The position numbers and the translations under genes are program-made. A stretch of DNA of 62,184 nucleotides, the filler included, from Deltaproteobacteria bacterium (GTDB taxonomy: Bacteria > JAUYMQ01): the NCBI GenBank assembly GCA_030698575.1. It is 8 parts of 8 records of this genome, joined end to end, with 100 filler letters (N's around TTAATTAATTAA, not from the genome) between each part and the next. Parts side by side here need not be neighbours in the genome. Positions count along the whole stretch, not along the records: positions 26,014 to 29,312 come from JAUYMQ010000452.1; positions 29,413 to 34,786 come from JAUYMQ010000454.1; positions 34,887 to 49,258 come from JAUYMQ010000456.1; 5 more parts are not named here. One strand, given 5' to 3'. Within the stretch, counting starts at the first letter, position 1. Each line of letters opens with the position of its first letter. This document shows, in pieces, positions 26,517 to 37,003 of this stretch. A model generated the notes under the pieces. It searched no databases. It was given only the letters and a program-made list of their open reading frames with translations, and was not told the DNA's origin.

Positions 26517-29311
26517 GCGGCCACCTTCCGTACGTCCACCCTCGTCCCCCGGTCGTTGAGGCCCGGGTAGTTGCTCATGGTGATCGGCCGAATATGGAAG
26601 TAGTCACCGGCCAGTTCGACCGGGTTCATGGGCGAAGCCATCACGCTCTTAAAGTGCTGCCAACCTTCGAACTGGTAGTTCTCCCAGGAGTGATAGACGA
26701 TCACCTGTCCGGGGCGCACCGCCGGCGACACCATACCCTGGATGTGGAACGACGCGATGTCGTTGAATACCTCGACCACGTCGCCGTCGTGGATACCCCG
26801 CTCGGCCGCGTCGCCAGCGCTGATGAACATGGCGGGTTCGCCGCGTTGGAGCTGGAGCAGGATTGAGTCGTCAACCCACGCGCTGTGGATGCTCCAGCGC
26901 GCGTGGCCGCTGGTCGTCTGCAGCGGGTAATCGCCGCCGGCCCTCGGGGGCTCTTTGTGTACGGGGAGATCCTCGCCCAGTTCTCGGAACAGGTCATGGT
27001 CCAGGAGGAATTGGATGCGCCGCGTGAGTGTTGGGTACGGCTGCTTCTTGTCCGTATGCCAGGTCAGCGGCACCACGGGCTCACCAGGCTCGATCTCGCA
27101 GGCGTTCCCGATCGAGCGCATTCCCGTTCCTACCCCGGTGTAGTGCGCGATCCCGCGATCCTGGAATTCTTCCCAGTCGATGTGTTCGACATTGCTGGCA
27201 TTGACGAACGCGTCGCGGGCGATGCCTTCCTCGTCGCCTTCGGTGTAGAGACCGCCGAACGTGACTTTGTCCTCGAGGCCGGCGAGACGGTATTCGACAT
27301 TCTTTGCGTCCTTGTAGCCGGCGATACCTCGTTCCTTGGCCCGCTTTTCCAGCTTGCGCGCCAGAAGCACGAACACGTCCCACTCGCTCTTGGCCTCGTA
27401 CAGGGGGTCCACCGCCCTATTGACCGCGTGGACGAATGGCGCCACGGGCATCCCCATCAAGAACGTGGAGTTGCGCTCGTACCAGCCGGTACAGGGGAGG
27501 ACAATGTCCGAGTACATGGCGGTCGAGCTCCACCGCCAGTCGAGCGTGACAAAAAGGTGGAGCTTCGGCAGCAGATGGCTGAGCAGCTGGTTGGTGGCCC
27601 GCGCCCGCCGCAGGAAGTTGCCGCCGATGGAGAAGAGGATCCGTGGCTCTTTGCCCCCGGCGGGCGAGGGTGTTTGCCAGCCCTTGTCGAAAGCCTCCTG
27701 GACGTACTCGCGCAATGGTCGCTTCAAGTACGGATCCCAGCTCTGATGCTTCTCGCTCAGATCCAGAATGCCTCCGTGCAGGAAGTACATCATGGAGGTC
27801 GCGGTCACTCCGCTCGATGCGAAGGCCTGGTGGACGTATTCGTACAGGATCATCTCGTCCGTGAAGCCGTCTTCTTTCCATTGGGCGTAGCGCGGGTCAG
27901 CCCCCTTGGCCGACAGAATGATCTGATCGCCCCGTTTCTCAAGGCCGCCAATAGCGGTGTCCAGGCCGAGCATGGGAAACGCGCTGAACGTAGCCCCCTT
28001 GCGGCCCATGTGCCCGCAGAGCGCGAACACCAGGATGATGGCCCGCTCGATCAGATCCCCGTGGTAGAACTTGCCCCAGTTGGCGGTGCTAATGTTGACC
28101 ACCCCCCGGGACGTCGCGACCTCCCGCGCCAGTCGCTCGATCAGCCCGGCTTTCACGCCCGTGGCGGCGCTCGCCTGATCGGGCGTGTAGCTCGCGTCCA
28201 GGTGGCGCCGCAGAAGCTCCATGACGGGAACGACGCGCGTCTTTCCCTGGAGCGTCTCGACCTCGTAGGAGCCCTCGAGCGAGGGGTCGATGGCTCCTAG
28301 CGCCAGGCTGTGGCGAGACGCCTCTGCCGCGCGCCCCGTGGCGCGGTCATACACGTAGAAGACATCGTCTCGGCCACCGCGTTTTAGATTCTTCTCCCTG
28401 AGAAATCGTCCGGTGGACTCGACCACCAGGAGAGGCAGGTCGGTCTGCTCGCGTACGAAAGCCTCGTTGTACAGCCGCTCGCGAATGATGACCTGGGCCA
28501 TTCCGAGCGCTAACGCGGCGTCCGAGCCAATGTTGATTGGCACCCAGAGATCGGCGTGGATGGCCGACGGATTGTAATCGGGAGCGATGGCCACCACCTT
28601 CGTACCGTTGTACCGAGCCTCCGCGATGTAGTGGTAGTTCGGGATGTTGGTGTAGGCCGGATTCCCACCCCAGATGAGGATCATGTTCGAGTAGAACCAG
28701 TTATCGGCTGAGTCGCCGACGATCACTTTGCCAAGGGTAATCGCCGCTCCCTGATGGTCGTCGCCGTTGTCCGCGGTCACGTTGGGCATGGGTGCGCCCA
28801 GCGCGCTGAAGAAGGCCGATACACCCGTCCCTTCGGTAGCCACGTTCTGCACCTGGGTGCCCCCACCCCCGACGATGACTTCCGGGCCCTCGGCGGTAAG
28901 TGTGTCGAGCATCTTGTCGGCGATTTCCGACAACGCCTCGTCCCAGCTCAGCCGCTTCCACCGACCGGCCCCACGCTCGCCCGTGCGCTTCACCGGATAC
29001 TTGACGCGCGTAGGATCGTAGGTGCGCTGGGCGTAACAGACGCCCTTCTGGCAGCCGCGCGGATTGAAGTCAGGCACCGCGGGGTTGTTTGGGGCGGGGT
29101 AGTTGCCTACCTGTTCTTCACGAAGGGCGATGCCGTCCTTGACGTAGACGTTGAAGTTGCAGGCTTGCTGGTACCAGCAGTTCACCAGGTGGGAGGCTTT
29201 GACCACTCGGTCCCACTTCCACTTGCGCTGGCGGAGCGCGCTGAGATCGTAGTCGGCGACGGATGAAAGCTCCCCATTCGTCGCCAGACGCGTTAGTCCG
29301 AGAGTCACGCT
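26513..29311 (-). CDS. type II DMSO-reductase-family molybdoenzyme alpha subunit (EbdA/steroid C25 dehydrogenase-like), may be 5' truncated
   Basis: FS0 motif HLVNCWYQQAC...NPRGCQKG, WGGNPAYT, EARYNG, HARWSIHS. Confidence 0.85.
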   Translation of the reverse strand, partial: SVTLGLTRLATNGELSSVADYDLSALRQRKWKWDRVVKASHLVNCWYQQACNFNVYVKDGIALREEQVGNYPAPNNPAVPDFNPRGCQKGVCYAQRTYDPTRVKYPVKRTGERGAGRWKRLSWDEALSEIADKMLDTLTAEGPEVIVGGGGTQVQNVATEGTGVSAFFSALGAPMPNVTADNGDDHQGAAITLGKVIVGDSADNWFYSNMILIWGGNPAYTNIPNYHYIAEARYNGTKVVAIAPDYNPSAIHADLWVPINIGSDAALALGMAQVIIRERLYNEAFVREQTDLPLLVVESTGRFLREKNLKRGGRDDVFYVYDRATGRAAEASRHSLALGAIDPSLEGSYEVETLQGKTRVVPVMELLRRHLDASYTPDQASAATGVKAGLIERLAREVATSRGVVNISTANWGKFYHGDLIERAIILVFALCGHMGRKGATFSAFPMLGLDTAIGGLEKRGDQIILSAKGADPRYAQWKEDGFTDEMILYEYVHQAFASSGVTATSMMYFLHGGILDLSEKHQSWDPYLKRPLREYVQEAFDKGWQTPSPAGGKEPRILFSIGGNFLRRARATNQLLSHLLPKLHLFVTLDWRWSSTAMYSDIVLPCTGWYERNSTFLMGMPVAPFVHAVNRAVDPLYEAKSEWDVFVLLARKLEKRAKERGIAGYKDAKNVEYRLAGLEDKVTFGGLYTEGDEEGIARDAFVNASNVEHIDWEEFQDRGIAHYTGVGTGMRSIGNACEIEPGEPVVPLTWHTDKKQPYPTLTRRIQFLLDHDLFRELGEDLPVHKEPPRAGGDYPLQTTSGHARWSIHSAWVDDSILLQLQRGEPAMFISAGDAAERGIHDGDVVEVFNDIASFHIQGMVSPAVRPGQVIVYHSWENYQFEGWQHFKSVMASPMNPVELAGDYFHIRPITMSNYPGLNDRGTRVDVRKVAA

Positions 29312-29661
29312 TNNNNNNNNNNNNNNNNNNNNNNNNNNNNNNNNNNNNNNNNNNNNTTAATTAATTAANNNNNNNNNNNNNNNNNNNNNNNNNNNNNNNN
29401 NNNNNNNNNNNNTCGCCCTGAAGAACCCTTCGATCCTGCAAGGATTCATCGGCGGGAGCCGGGGCGCGTGCAAGATCGCGGTGGGAACCGAGGGGAAGCC
29501 CGGGGCCGAACTCACGAAGATCGTCCTCAAGGGTCGCGCCGGAACCGCCGGCGCCCGCCCCTACTGCGAGAAGGACCTCGAGAAGATCCTCAGGTACGGG
29601 CGGGGCGAGTTGAGAAACCGGCCCGACAGGCGCGAGCGGGCAAAGCCGCCCTGGGTGAGAG

Positions 29662-30138
29662 ATGTCGAGCCCTAGACGAACCATTCCGGTCGCACTCCTG
29701 CCGCTCCTTCTGGCGGGGTGCCTGCACGGCAAGTCGCTCCCCGTGGAGGTGCGGGCGCAGAGCCTCGGCAACCCGGGGCTCGTGCTCTCCCGTGCGCTGA
29801 CCCGCGTCCAGGTGTTGGGCTACACGGTCGACACGATCGACGCCGAGGGCTCCCGGTTCAGCGCGACCCACTCGGGCAGCTCCTTCGCCAGCCTGTTCGG
29901 GAGCGACAGCAACTGCGAGATCGAGGTGGCCACCACGCCCGCCGCGCGCCCGGAAACATCGGAGGTATTGATCAACTGGCAGGCCCGCAACGCGGGGTCA
30001 CTCGCGGGGTGCCGGAAAGACGCCGAGTCGGTGCTGCGCTACGCCACCGGGGAGCAGCGCCCCCCGATCCTCGATCCCGATCCGCCGCCGCCCATCGATC
30101 CGCAGAAGGTGCTGCACGGGGGAATCTACGGAAACTAG
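29662..30138 (+). CDS. hypothetical lipoprotein
   Basis: lipobox LLAGC; Pro-rich C-terminus. Confidence 0.65.
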   Translation: MSSPRRTIPVALLPLLLAGCLHGKSLPVEVRAQSLGNPGLVLSRALTRVQVLGYTVDTIDAEGSRFSATHSGSSFASLFGSDSNCEIEVATTPAARPETSEVLINWQARNAGSLAGCRKDAESVLRYATGEQRPPILDPDPPPPIDPQKVLHGGIYGN

Positions 30139-30194
30139 ACGATCGCGGCGCCGGGCGGGCGATAGGTGATCGCCTGACGCGGCCCGGAAAGCAA

Positions 30195-30222
30195 AAGGCC
30201 GGACCCGAGAGGGTCCGGCCTT
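30195..30222 (-). terminator. rho-independent terminator
   Basis: AAGGCCGGACCC-gaga-GGGTCCGGCCTT hairpin with a T tract on the minus strand, between convergent genes. Confidence 0.7.
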
Positions 30223-30248
30223 CGCCGTTCACGATATGCCTGCGCTTG

Positions 30249-31490
30249 TCAGCGCGGGCGGATGCGGCCGTCCATGTCCGGGATCACGAATGCCGGATCG
30301 TAGCGGCAGGGGCCACCAACACCCGGCGCGATCGCGTTGCAAAGAGCCTGGATGCTGGCCGCCGAGGGCTGAGGCGCCCCGGCCACCCAGCCCCGCAGGC
30401 TTTCCCAGCCCGAGATGAGCTCGGCGTTGCTGAAACCACAGTGCGTGTTGCCCGCCTCGTTGACGATCGCGGTCGTGAGGTTCCCGGCGGGAACGACGTC
30501 GGCGTACTCCCTCTCGTTCTCGACGATGACCAGGCCGTCGCCGTCGGTGTGGACCGAGACGATCTTCACGCTGCCGACCTGCCCCTTGGGCGTGAAATTT
30601 TTGCCCAGGCGGGTGGCGGCGCCGTTGTTCACCGCGACGCGCTGGATGGTCGTATCGATGACGCCGCCGTTGTCATAGTTGACATTGACGTTTCCGACAC
30701 CCTGCCCGCCGTTGAGCTTCGCCGGATCAAAGATCACGTTCGACATGGCGAAGAGACCGTATCCCAGGTCGGTCAGGAGAAAGCTCGGCGGAAGCTGCGT
30801 GATTGTCAGGTATTGAACCAGCCTGGCGGTCTGCGCAACAGTCGCCCCTCCAAAAATCCCGAAGCAGGCGTGGGCCGCAAACGCCATCTGTGTCTGGCTG
30901 TAGGGGTAGGTCGGGAAGCCAGGGGCCGGAAGGCCCGTGGCGCCGCCTGGAATCGCCGCGCCCGGCACGGCCGAACAGATAGCGTCATAGGTCAGGCGCA
31001 GGTCGAGCGCGCCGTCCCAGTTGCGGCTGCCGGCCACCGCGCCGCAGAAGGGGTAGGCGCCGACCAGATTGCCGACGTTGGCCTTCTCGACGCCCTGGGC
31101 CGTCACGATGCCGCCCAGCGATCCGCCGTTCAAGAGCACGTTGTTCGGCGTGCCGAAGTTCGCCTTGAAAGCAGCAACCATGTTCTGGAGATCGTTCTTG
31201 GTCTTGAAGAGCGCCCAGCCGATCTGCTGGTAGCTCGAGGCCGCAACGGCGTACCCCTCGCTGAGCTGCACGGCGGCCAGCGGCCCGAGGTCGGACACCG
31301 GCCCGACCGGGCTCAGGCTGAAGCCGTGGTTCCAGATGACGAGATCACCGTTCCAGACGGTGGGAACGACGATCCGGAAGAAGGCGCCGCCGTCCGTGGT
31401 GCCCGTGAGGACGGTGTCGGCATGGGCCGCCGGGGCTGAAATCCCGACGAGCGCGGCGACGAGCGCCAGCGCAAGAAGTGTTCGCTTCAT
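30249..31490 (-). CDS. secreted alpha/beta-hydrolase-like protein
   Basis: signal peptide ending AHA-D; WNHGFS, GGSLGG, HTDGDGLV, THCGF. Confidence 0.75.
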   Translation of the reverse strand: MKRTLLALALVAALVGISAPAAHADTVLTGTTDGGAFFRIVVPTVWNGDLVIWNHGFSLSPVGPVSDLGPLAAVQLSEGYAVAASSYQQIGWALFKTKNDLQNMVAAFKANFGTPNNVLLNGGSLGGIVTAQGVEKANVGNLVGAYPFCGAVAGSRNWDGALDLRLTYDAICSAVPGAAIPGGATGLPAPGFPTYPYSQTQMAFAAHACFGIFGGATVAQTARLVQYLTITQLPPSFLLTDLGYGLFAMSNVIFDPAKLNGGQGVGNVNVNYDNGGVIDTTIQRVAVNNGAATRLGKNFTPKGQVGSVKIVSVHTDGDGLVIVENEREYADVVPAGNLTTAIVNEAGNTHCGFSNAELISGWESLRGWVAGAPQPSAASIQALCNAIAPGVGGPCRYDPAFVIPDMDGRIRPR

Positions 31491-31727
31491 GGGTGAAACC
31501 CCCTTGGTTGGTTGGCGAGTCTTGCTGGCCCTGGATCGGGCCGTGCGGATGAGGACGCCGGGCGGCGGGCCCCGGCACAAACTAGATCACTTTCATGAAC
31601 AGCAATTTTCGTGCCTTCCACCATGCTCTGTGCCAGATTTTCAACATCCCGAAAATGCAGAAGATTCCAATATTTGCGCAGTGCGTAGAACGCGGTACAC
31701 CGCCCTTTTCAGAAAGACTTTTCCTTA

Positions 31728-32393
31728 TTAGGGAAAAACTTTTCCTCCCTCCAGGACCCACAACTGGGTCTCCTCGTCACGGACCATGGGACGGCCACCG
31801 GCCAGCTTTTCCGCCTTTTCACGCGCGTAGGCGGCCCGCTCCAGCAGGATGTCGCGCTCGTAGAGGTTCACGAGATCGACCCACACCTGCGGATCGTTTG
31901 GCGCCAGCTCAGCGGCGCGCTTCAGGTGCGGGTAGGCCTTCGGGTAGTCGGTCATGAGCGTGAGCAGCCGCCCGTAGTCCGATCGCGGCGCGGGATCCTC
32001 GGGATCGGCTTCGATGGCTTGCTCGAACAGGTCGACGGCCTGCTCCAGCTCCCCTTGTCGCCAGGCATTGAGCGCCTGCGTGTTGAGGGTCCGCGCCGCT
32101 TCCGTTTGCACACCCGGCGGCGTGGCGCGGGGGGCCGGCTGGGGCAGGACCTCGTCGGAGAGCTTCTCGCGCGGAACGATCTTCTTCGTCAGCGTCCACT
32201 TTTCGGCCTCGCCCTCGGCACCGGGAAGGTACTGCGTCACGGACTTGCCGAGCGGAACCGGCTGCGCGCCGACCTCGGGCGACGGTGGAACCGCCGGCTT
32301 CTCATCGCGGGACGTAACCAGGAACGCGCCGACCCCGGCGACAAACACGATCAGGAGTGCAACCAGAGAACGTCTCACAAGCCCCTCGAGCAT
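31728..32393 (-). CDS. membrane-anchored TPR protein
   Basis: N-terminal TM; TPR repeats (GELEQAVDLFEQAIEADP, AYPHLKRAAELAPND). Confidence 0.72.
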   Translation of the reverse strand: MLEGLVRRSLVALLIVFVAGVGAFLVTSRDEKPAVPPSPEVGAQPVPLGKSVTQYLPGAEGEAEKWTLTKKIVPREKLSDEVLPQPAPRATPPGVQTEAARTLNTQALNAWRQGELEQAVDLFEQAIEADPEDPAPRSDYGRLLTLMTDYPKAYPHLKRAAELAPNDPQVWVDLVNLYERDILLERAAYAREKAEKLAGGRPMVRDEETQLWVLEGGKVFP

Positions 32394-34225
32394 CCGGCCG
32401 CGCCAAGGCGCGCCCGACGCAGGCGCCATGCGCCCAGGGAGAAGGAGAGAAGCAGGAAAAGAGCGAAGCCCTCGGGGGAGAGCGCCGGCACACCGCCGCC
32501 GCCCCCGCTCTGGGCGGGCGGGAAGGCGAGATCGACCGGAGCGTCGAGACCGCCGCTTCCCGACGATACAAAGGTGTCGATGAAGGCGCCGTTCGCGCCA
32601 TCGTAGCGCTTGATCGAATCGTTCTCCTTGCTCACCACGTAGAGGTCCCCATCGGGCCCGAATTCGATGCCCGTCGGGCCGTCGAGGCCGCCCGACCCCG
32701 CCGTCACGAAGGTCTGCACGAAGGCACCCGTCGTGCCGTTGAACTCCTTCACATCGTCATATACCCACGAAGACACGAAGAGGTTGCCGGTGTGGAAGGT
32801 GATTGCCCAGGGCGCGATCGGATCCATCCCCGTGTTCCCGAGGGAGTCGACGAAGACGCCGACAAAGGCGCCCGTCGTACCATTGAATTCCTTGATGTTG
32901 AAATCCGGGAATCCACCGGCAACAAAAAGGTTCCCGTTCGGCCCGAAGGACAGGCCTTGCGGATTCACCAGGCCCTGAAGGCCAGTGACGAAGGGCCCCA
33001 TCGGATCGCCGGTTACACCATTGAAACGGTATATCCCGTCGGAGGCGGGGCAAGAGATGTACAAGTTTCCGTCTGTGCCGATCACCTGATCGAACGGGAA
33101 AGCGAATGAGGTCGGGCAGGCATCGAAGAACTTCCGCACCTCCGTCCCGATCTGCCCGCTGTACTCGACGACGTCGTTGTCGGGCTGGCTGCCGACGATG
33201 ATGTTCCCCGCGGCCGTGAAGGTCATGCCGCTGTCGGCCGGGGTCGATATGCCGCGCGCCAGCGTGCCCGTGGGCGTGCCGGCGCTGTCGTAGTAGATGA
33301 TCGCGTTCGTCGAGAGGCTCGAGACGAGGAGCGTGCTGCCGTTCCAGGCCACGCTACTCGGCGTGCTGAGGCCTCCGGCGCCCGGCGAGACCAGGGTCGT
33401 GACGGCGAGCGTGGTCAGATCGACTGCGACGACGTTGTTGGTGAACTGCCCCGCCACCGTGAGCTTGCCGTCGGGCGCCAGGGCAATTCCCATGGGGCCG
33501 TCAACTCCCGCGCCGCTCGCGAGCACCACGCGGTCGAAGACCCAGCTCGAACCGTTGAAGGTGTACTCGAGGACGCGATCCGTGTCCATGTCGGCCACCA
33601 GCATGTCGGTGGACGACCGGAACAGGATCCCCGCCGGTGACGAAAGTCCCGAGCTGATCACGTTCGTGCCCGAGCCGCCCGAGTCCGGCACGCGCTTCAC
33701 GAGGTTGTTGAAGGCGTCGCTCACGTAGAGATCGGAGCCGTTCAGCGCGATGAAATTGAAGTTCGCCGTGCCGTCGGTCGCGAGCGTCGAAACGCTGCCC
33801 GACGAAACGACCATCTTCTTGACGGCATCGGTGCTGACGCTAAGGACGGTGTCGGAGGCCAGGAAGTAGATGTTCGCGCCGGTTCCATCAAAAGTGAGGG
33901 CACCGGGCGTGAGAAGGCCGGTCTTCGCAACGGGTGTGATGACGGCACCAGTGGCCGTCGTGTATTTCCAGAACTCGCTTGTGGCCGTGCTGGAGACCCA
34001 GAGCACGCCGTCGGAGGGGCGGATGGCCATGCCGCCGGGTAGCTGGAATCCGCTTGTGACGGGCGAGATGAAGGTGCTGACGAAGGCGCCGGTGGTGCCG
34101 TCGTAGCGCTTGACCTCCTGCGTGGCCTGGCTCACGACAAAAAGGTCCTGGGCGGCCGAAATCGAAGGCCACGCCAGGACCAGCAGGAACACACCTAGAA
34201 TGAACAGCCGCCCGCGGGCAGCCAT
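32375..34225 (-). CDS. secreted NHL/Vgb-like beta-propeller protein with IPTL-CTERM sorting signal
   Basis: repeats of PxGxxFGPDGxLYV / YDGxTGAF; C-term VPALSPEG + TM + basic tail. Confidence 0.8.
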   Translation of the reverse strand: MAARGRLFILGVFLLVLAWPSISAAQDLFVVSQATQEVKRYDGTTGAFVSTFISPVTSGFQLPGGMAIRPSDGVLWVSSTATSEFWKYTTATGAVITPVAKTGLLTPGALTFDGTGANIYFLASDTVLSVSTDAVKKMVVSSGSVSTLATDGTANFNFIALNGSDLYVSDAFNNLVKRVPDSGGSGTNVISSGLSSPAGILFRSSTDMLVADMDTDRVLEYTFNGSSWVFDRVVLASGAGVDGPMGIALAPDGKLTVAGQFTNNVVAVDLTTLAVTTLVSPGAGGLSTPSSVAWNGSTLLVSSLSTNAIIYYDSAGTPTGTLARGISTPADSGMTFTAAGNIIVGSQPDNDVVEYSGQIGTEVRKFFDACPTSFAFPFDQVIGTDGNLYISCPASDGIYRFNGVTGDPMGPFVTGLQGLVNPQGLSFGPNGNLFVAGGFPDFNIKEFNGTTGAFVGVFVDSLGNTGMDPIAPWAITFHTGNLFVSSWVYDDVKEFNGTTGAFVQTFVTAGSGGLDGPTGIEFGPDGDLYVVSKENDSIKRYDGANGAFIDTFVSSGSGGLDAPVDLAFPPAQSGGGGGVPALSPEGFALFLLLSFSLGAWRLRRARLGAAGCSRGL

Positions 34226-34364
34226 GAAAAAATTCGTCGCCAAGACTTGCATCCTCGACCCGAAGGTTCCGGGGCCGGAGATGCCAACCTGAGTTCTCTG
34301 CCCCCACGGCACGGTCATCCTATCGGCGGCACCGGATCAAGTCAAGCAAGGGGGTGGAGCCCCA

Positions 34365-34421
34365 CGCATGTCATTGCGAGGAGCGGAGCGACGAAGCAAT
34401 CCCACCTCGCAATGACATGCG
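34365..34421. repeat. REP-like palindrome (same family as 20685-20856)
   Basis: perfect 17-bp IR CGCATGTCATTGCGAGG / CCTCGCAATGACATGCG enclosing AGCGGAGCGACGAAGCAATCCC. Confidence 0.75.
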
Positions 34422-34436
34422 AAGGTGGCCTGCGCC

Positions 34437-34786
34437 CTAGTATCCGATGACCAGAAGCGAGGTAAGTGTGCGGGGACTGACCACGTCGGCGTCAATCGTG
34501 CCCAGTTCGCAACGCATGCGTTCGATGCAGTCGTCGAGGTAAGCAAGGCCCGCCGGACGCACCCCGGGGTCGAGCCGTTCCGCCCAGCCGGCAAGGGCGC
34601 CGTGAAGGCGCGTCCGGACCCCCTCGGCGAGGGCCGGTTCTGCGCAGTTCGCGCCGAAGGCACTGAAGAGCGCGCGCTGCAGGGTGGCGATCCGAGCGAC
34701 GGGAAGAGGCCGAAGCTCCGCCTTCGCCTCCAGCAGTTCCCATGCGAAGAGGGTATTCACCAGCACCGGCAATCGGATGGGGGCAC
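34437..34786 (-). CDS. hypothetical protein, C-terminal part
   Basis: open frame running to the gap; coding-like composition. Confidence 0.45.
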
Positions 34787-34886
34787 NNNNNNNNNNNNNN
34801 NNNNNNNNNNNNNNNNNNNNNNNNNNNNNNTTAATTAATTAANNNNNNNNNNNNNNNNNNNNNNNNNNNNNNNNNNNNNNNNNNNN

Positions 34887-35081
34887 GCAGAGTTCCTCCG
34901 CCTCGCCATACGTCCGCTCGCCCAGCGCCAGCGCAAGGCCCAGGTAGGAGAGGCAGACCGGGTTCGTCGGGTCCTTTTCATAACTCGCCCGGAGGTTGCG
35001 CGCGGCGTCCGCGTAGTGATCCGCCTCGAGGAGGCGGAGCCCCCGGTCCAGTAGTTCGCTTGCCGTCGAATTCGAGCTCAT
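34887..35081 (-). CDS. TPR protein (3' truncated)
   Basis: TPR-like helices; follows coaX in the operon. Confidence 0.6.
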
Positions 35082-35121
35082 TCATCCCCTCCCGCCGGCG
35101 CGCCGGATGCCGGCCCGGCCA

Positions 35122-35898
35122 TCAGCACTTTTCCTCGCAGTTGCGGTCATGAAGGATTCGCAGCCCGTCGAGGGTGAGATTCTCGTCCACGAGCGAGATC
35201 GTGGACGACTCGGAAGCAATCAGCGTCGAGAAGCCTCCCGTCGCGATGACCTTGGGCGGCGTCTCGTACTCGGCGCGGATGCGCTCGACGATCCCGTCCA
35301 CCAGGCCCACGTAACCGAAGAGAATGCCCGATTGCATCGAGTTCACCGTGTTCTTGCCAATGACGTTCTTCGGCCTGACGACCTCGATGCGCGGCAGCTT
35401 CGACGCCCTGCTGAAGAGAGCCTCGACGGATATCATGATGCCGGGCGCGATCACCCCGCCCAGGTACTCACCCCGCGACGAGATACAGTCGAAGGTGGTC
35501 GCGGTTCCGAAATCGACCACCACCACGGCCTGTTGGTACTTCTCGAAGGCCGCGACGGCGTTCACGATTCGATCGGCGCCAACCTCCTTCGGATTGTCGT
35601 AGAAAATCGAGATGCCGGTTTTTATTCCCGGGCCCACGACCATGGGCCGGCGGTTGAAGTAGCTCTCGGACATCCGCGTGAGCGCGTGGACGGTGGGCGG
35701 GACCACGCTGGCGATGATGATGGCGTGGACCTCGGACAATTCATAGCCGGCCATCGAGAAGAATCCCCGCAGCAGCACCGCGTACTCGTCCTTGGTCTGC
35801 TCGCTGCGCGTGGCGACCCGCCAGGTCCGGAGGAGATCCTTCCCCTCGTAGAGCCCGAAGACGGTGTTCGTGTTGCCCACGTCGATGGCCAGCAGCAT
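35122..35898 (-). CDS. coaX: type III pantothenate kinase
   Basis: [31 protein letters not shown]. Confidence 0.95.
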   Translation of the reverse strand: MLLAIDVGNTNTVFGLYEGKDLLRTWRVATRSEQTKDEYAVLLRGFFSMAGYELSEVHAIIIASVVPPTVHALTRMSESYFNRRPMVVGPGIKTGISIFYDNPKEVGADRIVNAVAAFEKYQQAVVVVDFGTATTFDCISSRGEYLGGVIAPGIMISVEALFSRASKLPRIEVVRPKNVIGKNTVNSMQSGILFGYVGLVDGIVERIRAEYETPPKVIATGGFSTLIASESSTISLVDENLTLDGLRILHDRNCEEKC

Positions 35899-35942
35899 GT
35901 CTTTCCCCGTGGCGGCGCGGCCTCCGGCCGCCGACCGCTATT

Positions 35943-36983
35943 CTACCTGAGAAGTTGCACGTCCCCGGCGAGAATTCTCTCGCTCGCGCCGCCGGCCAGG
36001 CTCACTCGCAGCGCCCCGTCGCTATCGAGCCCCTCGGCGGTCCCCTCGATCACCCCCTCCGAGAGCGTGACCCGGACCTGCCGGCCCCAGATATCCGATA
36101 GCGCGGCGTACTCCCCTGAAAGCTTCGCGAATCCCTCGGCGCGGAAACGCTCGTAGGTGGCCTCGATCTCCTCGAAGAGCGCGCAGGCCAGGGTCTTCCG
36201 CGAGACCTTCCGGCCCCCCGCGATGAGCAGCGAGGTAGCCGTCGCCGCCAGCTCGGTCGGGAGATCCTTCTCTTCGAGATTCACGTTCACGCCGATGCCG
36301 AGGACGACGTAGTCGAGCATCTCGCCGAGCGAGGCGGCCTCCACGAGGGTTCCCGACACCTTTCGCCCCCCCATCAGGATGTCGTTGGGCCACTTGATCC
36401 GCGGGCCCAGCTCGCCGGGGCCGTTGTACACCCGGCCGATGGCGCGGCAGGCGGCCACGGCTCCCACGAGCGTCAGCTGCGGGACGCTCGGCATGGGGAT
36501 GCGGGGCCGCAGGATGATCGATGCGTAAAGGTTCGTCCGGGGCGGGGAGAACCACGTCCTCCCCAGTCGCCCGCGTCCCCGGGTCTGCGCCTCGGCGATC
36601 ACCGTCGTTCCTTCCGGCGCGCCCTTCGCGGCCAGATCCCGCGCTACTCGGTTCGTGCTGTCCGTCGAGAGAAGATGATGCAGCTCCCGCGCCACGAAGC
36701 GCGTCTGGAGCCCCTCCTGCAGATCGGCAGGCAGGAGCAGGTCCGGCTCCTCCGTCAAGCGGTATCCCTGCGAGGGGTGCGCCTCGATTGAGAATCCGGC
36801 CGAACGCAGCGATCCCACGTGCTTCCAGACCGCAGTGCGCGAGACGCGGAGGGCGCGGCTGATCTCGGCGCCGGAGATGAACCGCTCGTGATGCTTCCGC
36901 AGGAAACCGAGAATCTCCATCGCCCTGGCTCCCAGTGAGAGCGTGACGTCGGCGCCCGCAGCACGTGAACTGGATTGCGTCAT
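35943..36983 (-). CDS. birA: bifunctional biotin-protein ligase/repressor
   Basis: N-terminal HTH (SRTAVWKH), DSTN, QTRGRGRLGR, KWPND, GIGVNV. Confidence 0.95.
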   Translation of the reverse strand: MTQSSSRAAGADVTLSLGARAMEILGFLRKHHERFISGAEISRALRVSRTAVWKHVGSLRSAGFSIEAHPSQGYRLTEEPDLLLPADLQEGLQTRFVARELHHLLSTDSTNRVARDLAAKGAPEGTTVIAEAQTRGRGRLGRTWFSPPRTNLYASIILRPRIPMPSVPQLTLVGAVAACRAIGRVYNGPGELGPRIKWPNDILMGGRKVSGTLVEAASLGEMLDYVVLGIGVNVNLEEKDLPTELAATATSLLIAGGRKVSRKTLACALFEEIEATYERFRAEGFAKLSGEYAALSDIWGRQVRVTLSEGVIEGTAEGLDSDGALRVSLAGGASERILAGDVQLLR

Positions 36984-37003
36984 CCTGTCGCCTCGCGAAT
37001 GCC

